Below are positions 26,393-39,233 of a DNA stretch of 64,000 nucleotides, in pieces. The stretch spans positions 181,778,968 through 181,842,967 of the forward strand of contig NC_068981.1 of assembly GCF_001194135.2 (NCBI RefSeq), written 5' to 3'. Source of the stretch: Octopus bimaculoides (Eukaryota). Each line of letters starts with the position of its first letter. Within the stretch, counting starts at the first letter, position 1. Position numbers and translations under genes: made by a program. The notes under the pieces were generated by a model that saw nothing but the letters and a program-made list of their open reading frames with translations, ran no database searches and was not told the DNA's origin.

Positions 26393-26469
26393 AACAACCT
26401 TCCAAGTATTTCACTGTTCTAATGTTTTGGAGTGGGCTTCTGTTTTGGATATGTGAACTACAGATGATA

Positions 26470-28120
26470 TATCATCATCATCATCATCATTATTTAATGT
26501 CCATTTTCCGTGCTAGCCTGAGTTGGATGGTTTGACAGGAGCTGGCCATTTGAAGAGCTGCATGGGCCCCATGACTGTTTTAGTATGGTTTCTATGGCTG
26601 GATGCCCTTCCTAATGCCAACCAGAGTGGACTGGGTGCTTTTTACATGCCACCAGCACCCACGAGCCCACAAGATTAGGAGCACTCAGCTGGAGAGGGAG
26701 TCAGGGGACATGTCTGTATGCAAAGACAATCCCGGTTTTACTTATCTTGATGTGTCTTCTCAAGCACAGCAAACTGCCAGAAGTCTTGGTCCCCTGTCAT
26801 CTCCTCAGTGAGTCCCAATGTCTGAAGATCTTTTCTTATCACTTCATCCCATGTCTTCCTGGGTCTACCCCTTTCAATGTTCCCTCTACAATTAGAGATC
26901 ATCACTTCTTGATGCAACTATCTTCGACCATATGAATTACATAGCCATACCTGAGCAGTCTTCTCTTTTGCATGCTACATCTGATATCATGTATACCCAG
27001 TTTTTCTCTCAGATCACTTACACTCTGTCGTATATGCACACTAACATTACTCATCTAGCGAAACATACTGGTTTCATTTCTTTCAAGCTTTTACATATCC
27101 TCAGTAGTCACAGCCCATGTCTCACTGTCATGTTTTCTAGCCGTAATAGCTGTAGCGAAAGAGGTGATATGGAAGACAGGTGGAAGAGGTATCGCATCAG
27201 GCACCTTCGTCTCTGGGCATGCTTTGGTCAACCTCTTTTTATATCACCTAAGAGTGAAAGCATGTCTGGAGAAGAAATGCCTGATGGCAAAAATATATGA
27301 ATGAAGATGGAAGAAAGTAGCCTGAATGATGGGTATGTAAGTGCCAAATTAAGGGGAGTGAAAAAGGACAAAGTAAACAGTTCAACACAGCAATGTGGTT
27401 GGTGGGGGTCAAACTCATTCCGCGTCTATTCAATTCATTCTTTGTTCCATCTTCATTTGTAATTATAATATTATTTATTCATATATATGTAAATCCATTC
27501 GATAAGTTCCCGACCCCATTTGTCCCTTGTATTATCCCCTCTTTGTTTAACCCTTGTGGTTTCAATAAAATCATCGTACACAGGCATTGAACAATCTGCC
27601 TTTCACTCTGAGTGAGAGGCTATTTATTACTAACAGAGGTAGTAGCTCTCTGTACCTTGCCCAGTCTATTCCTAATCTAGCAGCTATGCTTTCAGAACAA
27701 CCATCACTCATTCGGTTGCCTAAGTAATGGAAACTGTCTACTACTTCTAAGGATCCCCACTGACATCTGAGGGAGTCTATTTTTTGTACATTCCTCGTGT
27801 TTCATGTACTTGCACATCTGTCACATAAAGACTACTTTCTCTGTCTTCCAGTGATACTGCTGCATCTCTTATGTGTCCATATCTTGCATTGAGTACACCA
27901 TATAAAGTTTCTCCTGACAACCTTTTCTACATATCAAGCAGGGCCATCTCCCTTAAGGAATCTGTGATTTGTCTGTTTACCTACTTATTAAGACTTTGAT
28001 CTCTACTAAATTAACTCTAAGGCCTTTTGATTCCAGTCCTTGCTTCCATACCTGAAACTTCTTCTCTAGTTCTGGTGATGAATCAGCAAAAAGAACAAGG
28101 TCATTGGCACAGAGGAGCTC
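26470..28120 (-). mobile_element. 5'-truncated RTE-clade LINE with (GAT)n tail, split by an insertion at ~27154-27574
   Basis: Minus frames ELLCANDLVLFADS..ELEKKFQVWKQGLESKGLRVNL, GRWPCLICRKG, SESIAARLGIDWARYRELLPLL...RVKGRLFNACVR|TA..HDSETWAV and GRPRKTWDEVIRKDLQTLGLTEEMTGDQDFWQFAVLEKT, followed by the shared 3' tail. Confidence 0.88.
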
Positions 28121-28151
28121 CTAAGGGCAGCTAATACATGTGTGTGTGTGT

Positions 28152-28192
<41 letters not shown>

Positions 28193-29319
28193 AACACACA
28201 CACACACATAATATATATAAATGAAATGTAGACATATATTTATTAAAATAACATCTTGATACAAAATGATATATCAAATTTAAATATGCTCAAATAAAGC
28301 CCAGGAAATGTAGATTAAAATTATATATTTAATTTTCAATATATCCTCCACTGGTACCTAATTTATTGATTCCAAAAGGATGAAAAGCAAAGTCGACCTC
28401 ACGGAAATTTGAACTCAGAACATAAAGACAGGTGAAATGCTGCTAAGTATTTCGCCCAGCATGCTAATGGTTCTGCCAGCTTACCACCTAATAATAATAA
28501 TGACAATAATAATCCTTTCTGTTGGAGACACAAGGCCTCAAATCTGTGGGGACAGAACTAGTTGATGACATCAACCCCAGTGTTCCACTGCTACTTAAGT
28601 TATTGAACCCGAAAAGATGAAAGGCAAAGTCGACTATGGTGGAATTTGAACTCAGAATGTAAAGATGGGCGAAATACCTCTAAGCATATTGCCCAGTGTG
28701 CTAATGANNNNNNNNNNNNNNNNNNNNNNNNNNNNNNNNNNNNNNNNNNNNNNNNNNNNNNNNNNNNNNNNNNNNNNNNNNNNNNNNNNNNNNNNNNNNN
28801 NNNNNNNNNNNNNNNNNNNNNNNNNNNNNNNNNNNNNNNNNNNNNNNNNNNNNNNNNNNNNNNNNNNNNNNNNNNNNNNNNNNNNNNNNNNNNNNNNNNN
28901 NNNNNNNNNNNNNNNNNNNNNNNNNNNNNNNNNNNNNNNNNNNNNNNNNNNNNNNNNNNNNNNNNNNNNNNNNNNNNNNNNNNNNNNNNNNNNNNNNNNN
29001 NNNNNNNNNNNNNNNNNNNNNNNNNNNNNNNNNNNNNNNNNNNNNNNNNNNNNNNNNNNNNNNNNNNNNNNNNNNNNNNNNNNNNNNNNNNNNNNNNNNN
29101 NNNNNNNNNNNNNNNNNNNNNNNNNNNNNNNNNNNNNNNNNNNNNNNNNNNNNNNNNNNNNNNNNNNNNNNNNNNNNNNNNNNNNNNNNNNNNNNNNNNN
29201 NNNNNNNNNNNNNNNNNNNNNNNNNNNNNNNNNNNNNNNNNNNNNNNNNNNNNNNNNNNNNNNNNNNNNNNNNNNNNNNNNNNNNNNNNNNNNNNNNNNN
29301 NNNNNNNNNNNNNNNNNNN

Positions 29320-29364
<45 letters not shown>

Positions 29365-30210
29365 ATGTTTGTGTGTCTGTGTTTGTCCCCCTCAATATCG
29401 CTTGACAACCGATGGTGGTGTGTTTACGTCCCCGTAACTTGGCGGTTTGGCAAAAAGAGACTGATAGAATAAGTACTAGGCATCCAAAGAATAAGTCCTG
29501 GGGTCGATTTGCTTGGCTAAAGGCGGTGCTCCAGCATGGCCGCAGTCAAATGACTGAAACAAGTAAAAGAGTAAATAATAATAATAATAATATTCACTCC
29601 TACGTATCTCTGATCTCCACCTGTGTCACTAAGTACCTTTCCCTTTCTCCCCAAACTTCTCATTATCTTCCCATTTCTCATCTGTACAGTTTTATTAAAG
29701 TGTTGCTCCCTGCTCTACATTTTTTTGGATTGCCTCTTATCACCTCCTTCTCCCTGATCCATTCTTATTTCCTTCAGCTTTCTTCCAAACTGGTTTTCAC
29801 CATTGTTCATGTCCTCTCCCCTGTTTGCTATTCACTGCATTAACCTCTATCTTATATTCCCTATTTCTTACCATCTATCATTCATCCCACATTCTTACAA
29901 ACCTACCTGATCCTCTGTCCTGACCCCATCTCCCTCATATTCACCCTCTTGAACCTTGAAGGTAGGTTCAGGCACCTTACCACAACCATCTTCTTTCCTT
30001 TTCCAGCTGGGGAGTAACCGTAGCCATGCATCTCCTCCACAGTAAGACATTCGTTCCTATCCTTTACTTCTCAACACCTGGTGCAACCTGTTTCCCTCTA
30101 TATTACACCAACCTCAATGAAGGGGGTCTTGCCTTGTGAGCTTCTCAGCAACCTTACAAGTGCAGGTGATATAAAATATTGATGCTAACTGATAATAAAT
30201 ATATATATAT

Positions 30211-30317
30211 ACACTTGCTTTGGCAGTACATATATTGAAATTGGGAAAATACAGAGACAATCAACATGGCCCCTGCAACAAGGATGATACGCAGATTTGT
30301 GAAGTGTTCCATATTTT
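30211..30317 (+). pseudogene. RNU6: Full-length degenerate U6 snRNA copy
   Basis: acacttgctttggcagtacatatattgaaattgggaaaatacagagacaatcaacatggcccctgcaacaaggatgatacgcagatttgtgaagtgttccatatttt aligns end to end with the U6 consensus. The ACAGAGA box is retained, but the catalytic AGC triad reads AAC and several CpGs have decayed. Confidence 0.88.
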
Positions 30318-30522
30318 CCAGACCCTGCTTTTAACGATCGTTTCTTAAGTATGTGTTGCAATGGTATCCGATTCTACTGAGCGGATCAACAAACTGGCAG
30401 TGCCCCAGCAAGGCCACAGCCTTAGGGCTAAAACATATAAAAGAATATACACACACACATATATGCATGCACTTATAACACACATATTCATGTACGTATA
30501 GATATATATTTATATGATAATA

Positions 30523-30910
30523 TTCTTTTGTTCTTTTACTTGCTACAGTCATTTGACTGTGGCCATGCTGGAGTACTGCCTCAAAGGGTTTTAGTTGAAG
30601 AAATCGACCAGAGGACTTATTCTTTGTAAGCCTAGTACTATATTCTGTCGGTTTCTCTTTTGCTGAACTGCTAAGTTACGGGGACTTAAATACACCAACA
30701 TCGGTTGTCAAGCGATGGTGGGACGACAAAGACAGACACACACGCATATATGTGTGCGTGTGTGTGTGTGTGTGTATGTATGTATTTATGTGTGTGTGTT
30801 TCCGTCTACCAAACCCATTCACATGACATTTGCCCAAGGTACCATGCAATGGGACTGAACCCGGAGCCATGTGATTGGGAAGCCAACTTCTTACCACACA
30901 GTCTGCGCCT
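30523..30910 (-). mobile_element. SINE family S2 copy
   Basis: Reverse complement of the S2 head and body. Confidence 0.8.
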
Positions 30911-31682
30911 AAGTCTTCGCGTTGCTTTTTCTTGCTTGTTTATGTTTGGATTGACTATATATATATATATATATATATTTATAACACACACATAATTTAT
31001 GTGTGGTGTGTCGATGTGAATATGCGTGTGTATGTATGGACACACACACACATTATTTAATATATATACGTATATATCTTTCAGAAGCTGCTCCCTATCC
31101 ACCACTCCACTGACACATTCCATATACTACAAGACTGACGGACGCCAGTGCAAACACATACACACACAGATATTATAGATGATGATGACGATAACGACCA
31201 GCCCTTCTGTCGAGAACGGCATATGAACGTCCAGTTGTTCGATTAACTCAACAGCCGAGTCATTGAAGTAGCGTGTAAGCAGCAGACTATTCCACAGACA
31301 CGTGCACGCTTAACGTAATTTTCACTTACAACCAGCGTGATACAGTAAGAAGGCTGGACCTTTGAATTTACAGGTACGGTTCATCTATATAGTTTTCCCC
31401 ACTCTACCTAGTTTCATTCACTAAGACGAAGCTATGACTTAAAGATGATACTCGGCCCCAAAAGTCCACCTTAGCCACTCGGGCATGTCTGTATATATTA
31501 TGTTTGTGCGCGTAGATTTATACATACATGCACACACATATATTACAAATACACACTCGCAATGCATATATGTATGTATACACACACACACACACACACA
31601 CATATAACGAGAGAGATAGTTAGATACGCGTATATATATATATATATTTACAAGCCACGTAAATATCTACACACTGTGTGTG

Positions 31683-31764
<82 letters not shown>

Positions 31765-33070
31765 CATACACACCTACATATATAAATTACATACACGCCT
31801 CATCCTTCATTTTCCTTTAAACTACTGTTGATTTAGCCTCGTTATGTCGTTTTTCTCTTTTAGTATTATATTTCCTTTTCCCGTTGTTTGCATGATAAGG
31901 TTTGAATTTGTCTCCAGGAAAAGATGGATCCTTGTTTGTTGAATCAATAGTGTTACTCACTGGTGTCTGATTCATACCGGACTATTGTAATTGTTATGAA
32001 TCTCACTCGGTGTTTAAAAGCAGTTAATGTTTCATAACGTCTTAGAAAGTCATTCATTCTCTCAAATACATATATTCTTCTATTTCGCTTATTCTCTCTA
32101 TCGTGATTGTACGGGGAGGGTTTTAAATTTTGTTTTTATTCATTTATTTATTCATTCATTTATCAAGCATCATATGACGAATGTCTCGAGAGAATGACTA
32201 CGTACAGGTAGATCTGAATTTATCTGTTTAATCCTGTAGGTCACATTCAGAAGAGAAAAGTATAAAAGAAATGTTATAATTGCAGACGACAGTGCGAAGA
32301 CGAAAAATAAAATAGAAAAAAAAAGAGATAAAAGGAAAAAGACAAAGAAGCGAAAGCGAAAAAAAAATGAAAGGAAAAAGGTGAAAAGGAAAGAATAAGA
32401 TATAAAAACAAATATAGGAAAAACGCTTCAGTAGTATAATTTTCGAATAAAATAGATAGTAAAAAGGTTAATGAATAAACTGAAAGTTCTCTACTACATG
32501 CGTTTTGTTGGCAGCCGGTAGNNNNNNNNNNNNNNNNNNNNNNNNNNNNNNNNNNNNNNNNNNNNNNNNNNNNNNNNNNNNNNNNNNNNNNNNNNNNNNN
32601 NNNNNNNNNNNNNNNNNNNNNNNNNNNNNNNNNNNNNNNNNNNNNNNNNNNNNNNNNNNNNNNNNNNNNNNNNNNNNNNNNNNNNNNNNNNNNNNNNNNN
32701 NNNNNNNNNNNNNNNNNNNNNNNNNNNNNNNNNNNNNNNNNNNNNNNNNNNNNNNNNNNNNNNNNNNNNNNNNNNNNNNNNNNNNNNNNNNNNNNNNNNN
32801 NNNNNNNNNNNNNNNNNNNNNNNNNTGATAAAAAGAGAAAAAAATCAAAAAACCATTCCGGTATCTTATTTATTGTATGTGTGGGTTATGAAGCTTTTGA
32901 AAAGCTCATTTCTCCGAGAACCATAAGTGTTGCGATTTAACCTTTCTCTTTCACATGCACTGGTGCTTTCTCTTTCTTTTCGAGGTATCACCGTGATTTC
33001 ATTAATTTTACAATTTTACGTAACCTTGTATCGTTAGTATCATTAATAAATTTTTGTCCTTGAGGTCAAA

Positions 33071-33104
<34 letters not shown>

Positions 33105-33246
33105 TACATTTTTATTTAAAAAATTTATTCTGTTAATTAGCAATCCTTTCAACATCTCTAATCCACAAACCCAGCCTTTTATTATATCGCTACTTCTGTG
33201 TAATCTGTTTCTCTCTGTCCTTCCCTCTCTATCTCTCTGTCTCTTT

Positions 33247-33600
33247 CTCGCAACACCTCATACTACAATTGTCCAAAGTATCTATCGAGATATTCCCAAC
33301 CTCCTTCTCCTCTCTCACTCCTACTATACTCGCAACACCTCCTACTACCATTGTCCAAAGTATCTATCAAGATATTCCCGGCCTCCCCTCCTCCTCCCCT
33401 TCTCTCACTTTCACTATACTCGCAACGCCTCCTACTACAATTGTCCAAAGTACCTATCTAAATACGCCCGGCCTCTTTCTCCTTCTCTTCCTTCCTCCTC
33501 CCTCACTCTCACTATACTCACACCTCCTCTTACCACAACTGTCCAAAGACTTTATCTAAATATTCCCAGCCTCCTCCTCCTCCTTCTCCTCTCCTCCACT
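33247..33600. repeat. Four-copy tandem repeat (constant ~50-bp core plus pyrimidine-rich spacer)
   Basis: The core ctcgcaacacctc..actacaattgtccaaagta.ctatc..gatattccc starts at 33247, 33329, 33419 and 33517. Confidence 0.9.
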
Positions 33601-33788
33601 CTCACTCTCCTTATTCTCCTCTCCTCCACTCTCACTCTCCTTATATTCTTTATCCGCTTGTTCCTCACACTACTCCACCTACACTGTTGCTTAAGTTTAT
33701 AATCACTGTTTTCACCCATCATTATCCGGCTAGCTCACTCCACTCCTCTATACAACGCTTTTATGTAGCGCTCTTGTTTCGTTTGCAG

Positions 33789-33841
33789 TTCACGTTTTGG
33801 TAGCAACCTGGCAGCAGATTATTTTGGCCGAGTTTGTGGAT
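33789..33841 (+). other. 5'UTR portion of the CerS exon, preceded by a splice acceptor (implies an upstream non-coding exon)
   Basis: A polypyrimidine tract plus CAG at 33771-33788 lies 53 nt before the ATG. No upstream exon was identified; it may lie in or near the gap at 32522-32825. Confidence 0.55.
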
Positions 33842-34026
33842 ATGGACGCTCTTTGGACGGATATCAAAGCTACGATTTGGAGTGAAAAGTTCTGGTTCCC
33901 CAAGAATTTATCATGGGAATCATTAGAAAACAAAGACGACGGGATATATCATCCACAACTTGGCGATTTATCTTTAGCGTTACCCATGGCATTGTTCCTG
34001 TCGATATTTCGGATTTGCTTAGAAAG
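33842..34026 (+). CDS. CERS5/6: Ceramide synthase (CerS5/6-like, LASS/Lag1 family), first coding exon only; the gene continues beyond what can be identified here
   Basis: Translation MDALWTDIKATIWSEKFWFPKNLSWESLENKDDGIYHPQLGDLSLALPMALFLSIFRICLER matches the recalled N-terminal pattern of vertebrate CerS5/6 (W-x-E-R/K-F-W-L/F-P-x-N-x-T/S-W-x-D-L...P...DL-x-LA-x-P-x-A...R-x-x-x-ER). It includes an N-L-S glycosylation sequon and the first hydrophobic helix. The ATG has G at -3 and +4. A pyrimidine-rich acceptor ctcttgtttcgtttgcag ends at 33788. The donor AG|gtgaga after 34026 splits the Arg codon (phase 2). Family assignment is from memory; confirm by BLASTP. Confidence 0.9.
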
Positions 34027-34094
34027 GTGAGATCTCATGCTTTTATTGTTTTTCTTGGTAACTATACGTAAACTGTACGTTTTTCGTTACTCAT

Positions 34095-34116
34095 ATACAC
34101 ATACACACATATAGCT

Positions 34117-34179
<63 letters not shown>

Positions 34180-34776
34180 TCATACATATAATACATACAT
34201 TTCATATACGCACATATATATGTATACATACACACACACATGTATATATACATATACGCACATACGTATATATACATACACGCACGCATATATATATATA
34301 TATATACACACACATACACACACACATTTATATATATACATACACACATATACACACACATATATATACACACATATATATAGATACACACACACTCATA
34401 TACACACATATATATATACATACACACATATATACATACATACACACACACACAAATATATATATATACATATATATACACACAAATATATATATATATA
34501 TATACACACATACACACACACACACATTTATATATATACACACACATATATATACACACATATATATAGATACACACATATATATATACATACACACATA
34601 TATACATACATACACACACACAAATATATATATATACATATATATACACACAAATATATATATATATACAAATATATAATATACACATATATACACACAC
34701 ACATACACACACACACACACACATATATATGCACACATATACATACACATATATACATATACAAACATACATACAC

Positions 34777-34814
<38 letters not shown>

Positions 34815-34815
34815 C
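34095..34815. repeat. Long (TA/CA)n compound microsatellite with an internal block duplication, at the start of CerS intron 1
   Basis: Directly visible; ~34370-34520 recurs at ~34555-34690. Confidence 0.95.
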
Positions 34816-35316
34816 CGTAGTGTATATAATGATAGATGTGCACAGGTAGTATGTGGTTTTATGTGTGTATAATATATATGAAAATTTGTATAATGAAAGG
34901 TGTGCGTGTATATACACGTATATATAGATATGTGTGTGTATTAAACTCGTAAAAATCCATACATGCAGTAAATGCGTGTATAAATATATATTATCTACAT
35001 ATCCGTGAGAAGATCCATTTGGAGAAATAAGTATTGTTAAACTAAAATATATGAAGATAATACACGTATATTTTATATAATACCTATCAATTCTCCAAAT
35101 GGATTTACTCATATATATGCAAATTATTATATACCTATTATACAGGTATTTATTGTAGGTACAAATTTTTACATGTTTAACACACGCACGCTCGCGCACA
35201 AACACACATGCTTAACTATCACCCACATCTCTCTCTCTCTCTCTCTCTCTTCCTCTTGCACACACTGTTTGACTGTACATACACACTTATAGCACATACA
35301 CTCAGGCGCGCGCCGC

Positions 35317-35356
<40 letters not shown>

Positions 35357-35920
35357 GTTTGTTGATATAATACACATAAATGGCGGTGCCCCACCATGGC
35401 CACAGCTCATGAGCTGAAACTAGATAAAATGAAAAAATATATGTGTATGTATGATGTGGTTAAGAAACCCTAGTTTGCAACCATGTGGTTTCGGGTTAAG
35501 TTAGGCAAAGCTCGGAGCCAACCAATGTCTTGCGGGTAAGTTTGGTGGGTGGAGACTGTGTGGAAGCCCATCGCGCGCGCGTGCGTTTGGTAATGGAAGT
35601 AGGAACTTGATATATGATTTTTATCTACGTATTTTATTAATAATCGACAGAAGGCAGAAGTAACGGTGTGACTCGGCTCCCCCACTGCTTGTCAAACGTG
35701 TTGGTTTGTTTACATCTAAGTAGCTTAGCGATTCGGCAAAAGAGTGCAATAATAGTAGTGGAGTTTATTTGTTACGCTAAACTCTTCGAGGCGTCGCCCT
35801 AGTATGGCTGCTGTTCAGTGACTGAAACAAGTAAATGAAGATAGATAACATCATTTGACGTCTGCTTTCCATCCTGCGTATGTATATGTATGTATATACA
35901 CTCGCGCACACACACACGTG

Positions 35921-35955
<35 letters not shown>

Positions 35956-37620
35956 NNNNNNNNNNNNNNNNNNNNNNNNNNNNNNNNNNNNNNNNNNNNN
36001 NNNNNNNNNNNNNNNNNNNNNNNNNNNNNNNNNNNNNNNNNNNNNNNNNNNNNNNNNNNNNNNNNNNNNNNNNNNNNNNNNNNNNNNNNNNNNNNNNNNN
36101 NNNNNNNNNNNNNNNNNNNNNNNNNNNNNNNNNNNNNNNNNNNNNNNNNNNNNNNNNNNNNNNNNNNNNNNNNNNNNNNNNNNNNNNNNNNNNNNNNTGT
36201 GTGTGTGTACACTCACACAGGTGTGTGTGTGTGTGTACACTCACACAGGTGTGTGTGTGTGTACACTCGCATAGGTGTGTGTATACATGTGTATACACTC
36301 ACATGTATATGTGTACGTATAAATGTGTATGCTTACGTGTGTATATATGTACATATATACATAAGCATGTGTATATGCATAACATTTGACGCCCATACTG
36401 CACACTGGTGTGGGTTGCACAGTTCATTCAACAGGATCTGAGGGTTCCAGGGACTGCGTTGAGCTCTATCTACTGAGGCATGGTTTCTATGGCTGGATTC
36501 TCTCCTTAGTGCCAACCAAATTACAGCATGCAGTGGATATCTTTTCTTTTACCATGTCACCGGCACTGGGCAGTTACCACGCAGCTGGCATGACTAGAAA
36601 CTCCAAGAGAGACAGCTTTGTTAAGAAATGAAAGATTAAATTGTGAGAGTAGAATGTGTTTCTTGATATAGATGGGCCACATAACTACTCGCATTTTAGA
36701 AGAGAGTGTGGAGTGATGGAATGGAGTGTGTAAAAGATAAAGTAGTGGTGATGAGATGGTTAAGTGGCCCCTCAAGGTATGAGGTAAGCAGAGATGAGTG
36801 AGGAAAGTAGAACCAGCAAGTGTGGATGGTTAGAGGTTACAAGAGTATACCAGAGAATGGGAGTATATGCGAGGTTGAATATAATGATGAACAATAGTTG
36901 AGTGGAAGTTTGCTTCCCTACCACATGGTACTAGTTTCAGTCTCACTGTGTAACACCTTGGGTAAAAGCATCTACTATAACCTTGGGCCAGCCAATGCTT
37001 TGTGAGTGGATTTGGTAGACAGAAACTGAGAAAAGCCCATCACCACTGGTGTTGGTGTGTTTATGTCCCCCATAACTTAGTGGTTTGAGAAAAGGGACTG
37101 GCAGAATAAGTATCAGGCTTTAAAAAAATAAGTGCTGGGGTCAATTCATGTGACTAAAAACATCAAAGTGGTGCCTCACCATGGCTGCACACTAATAACT
37201 GAAGCAATTAGGAAGATAAATTATGTAAGGGAGAGAGGGAAGAGTAGGTGACAACTGTAGCGGTTGGATGAAAAGATGGAGAAATTAGTGGATGAGGGTT
37301 GGGGTGAGGTGTAGCAGAATAGAAATGATGATACAGAAGAAGGATGAGGCAGGGAGAATTGACAAGTGGTTGGGTAAGGTGCAAGAGTGTGGGAGAAGAG
37401 AAGGAGGCTTAGTGTTTGGCCAGAGTATGAGTTAGTGGCGGTAGTGGTGAAGGTGAGGTGGTTTGGTGGATTTAAGGGGTAGTCAAAGTAAAATGTGGCT
37501 AGAAAGGACAGTGTTGAATTGAGGGGTGGATGTTAAATAAATAAAATGGTTTCAGATAATGTTGGATTAGTGGTATCAAGAATATGTGTGTGTAAGTGCA
37601 TGCATGTATATATATATATG

Positions 37621-37657
<37 letters not shown>

Positions 37658-37938
37658 ATACACACACACACACAGGTGTAATTATATGGGTGTGTATATA
37701 TGTACATACATGAATATGTGTACATGCCTTTATGTATAAGTATATGCATGTGGATAGACATATTTACACACACACACACACACACACATATATATCAATT
37801 ATCTATATGTCCATTTTGTTCATTGAAATGTGTATAATTATGTATATTATGTATGTATATTATTGATCTCTATGCATATATATTTGTATGTACACCCTTC
37901 ATGTATGTGAGGATATATATATATATATATATATTGTG

Positions 37939-37971
<33 letters not shown>

Positions 37972-39136
37972 ACACATGTTTGTAAATAATATACACACGC
38001 ACACATAATATTCTCTTATTTGCCCAGATGGCACACTGGGAGCTGTCTGGACATTTAGTAACCAGGGTAAGAACAAATTGGAGTGCATCCCACTCAAGTT
38101 TCTCACCCAACACATCTGCTTTTTTTTTTTTTTTTTTTTGATTCAGTAATTTAATGAGTAGAACAGCATACTTCAGTTTTACCCTGATTCCATTTACCCA
38201 CCTTGCTACCTGGAACCATTTCACTGTTATCAGTGTTTTATTCTTGATACTGTTCTCTCCACTCACTGTTTACATTGATCACCTGAGTCACCAACTTCCC
38301 TCCTCCACCACCATACATCTCTCTGTCCCCCAATGTATCTGCCTGACACTTGTACAGACTCCTCAATCATATGTCATCTCCTTTTTTCGTTATCGACCAT
38401 CTTTTTTTTTTCCTGCCCACTATCATCATGATATTATTACTATTATTCTGTTGCTCTTCACCCACATTCTGCTTTGTCAGTCATCTCCCCTATCTTTTCC
38501 AACGCATGTATCATTGGTCATCCCTCAACCCACCTCTTCATCTCTACCCAATTTCTAAAGTTGTCACCTACTCTTCTCTCTTCCTTATATCTCCCTGCTT
38601 ATCATCCTCCAACACTTGTTCATTATATTCACTCCACCCATCTCTAACCACCCCTCACTCCCCTATACACCCTTAAAACCCATACCCACCCACACTTCTT
38701 GTCCTTCTGTGCCTACTCCAACTCACTTTCTATATTGTAGGTCCACTCTCACACCTCACCATCGTTATGTTCATCTTTTTCCAGTTCCATCCTGTGAACT
38801 TCTGCTCTCTATAATGTGATCAGCTCTGTAGCTTTGCTACAGTAAGAAACCTGTTCTGTTCATATTTGGCCCCTTTTCATCTGTAGCCTCTCATAGTGGA
38901 AGGCAACCTTAGTCTTGCCGGTTGTATGACAACCTCACTAGTGCTGATGCCATAAAAAATATACACTGTAAAGTGCTTAACATTAGGAAGGGTATTCAGC
39001 TGTAAAAACCATGCCAAAGTGGACATTGGCTTATTTTGGTATGTTTCCAGTGACTTGATCTAATCTTCAGACCTTTTTAGAGGTCAAACTGTTCAATTCT
39101 TGCCAGTATGGAACATGGATATTAAATGATTATGAT

Positions 39137-39197
<61 letters not shown>

Positions 39198-39233
39198 AAA
39201 AGAGGGGGTGTATTTCCATGCAGGAATAAAAAA

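Larger units (their letters stand above)
30300..36400. promoter_or_regulatory. CpG-retaining domain around the CerS 5' end (probable unmethylated promoter region)
   Basis: By eye, CpGs are frequent (e.g. ggcgcgcgccgcg ~35305, catcgcgcgcgcgtgcg ~35570) compared with CpG-poor flanks at 37-45 kb. Not quantified. Confidence 0.5.

Noticed and set aside
29590-30170. Strand-biased pyrimidine/purine tracts (also ~14640-15400, 36640-37560, 38150-38900, 42090-42480)
   Set aside because: Probably decayed repeat sequence, but I could not assign a family or boundaries; the associated Ser/Pro/Leu-rich ORFs are compositional.
33247-33600. CRISPR-like repeat-spacer pattern
   Set aside because: The spacers are related low-complexity pyrimidine tracts, the repeat is too long and degenerate, and there are no cas genes.
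34062-35205. ORFs of 170-250 aa rich in Cys/Val/Tyr/Ile/His/Thr
   Set aside because: (TA/CA)n dinucleotide repeats.
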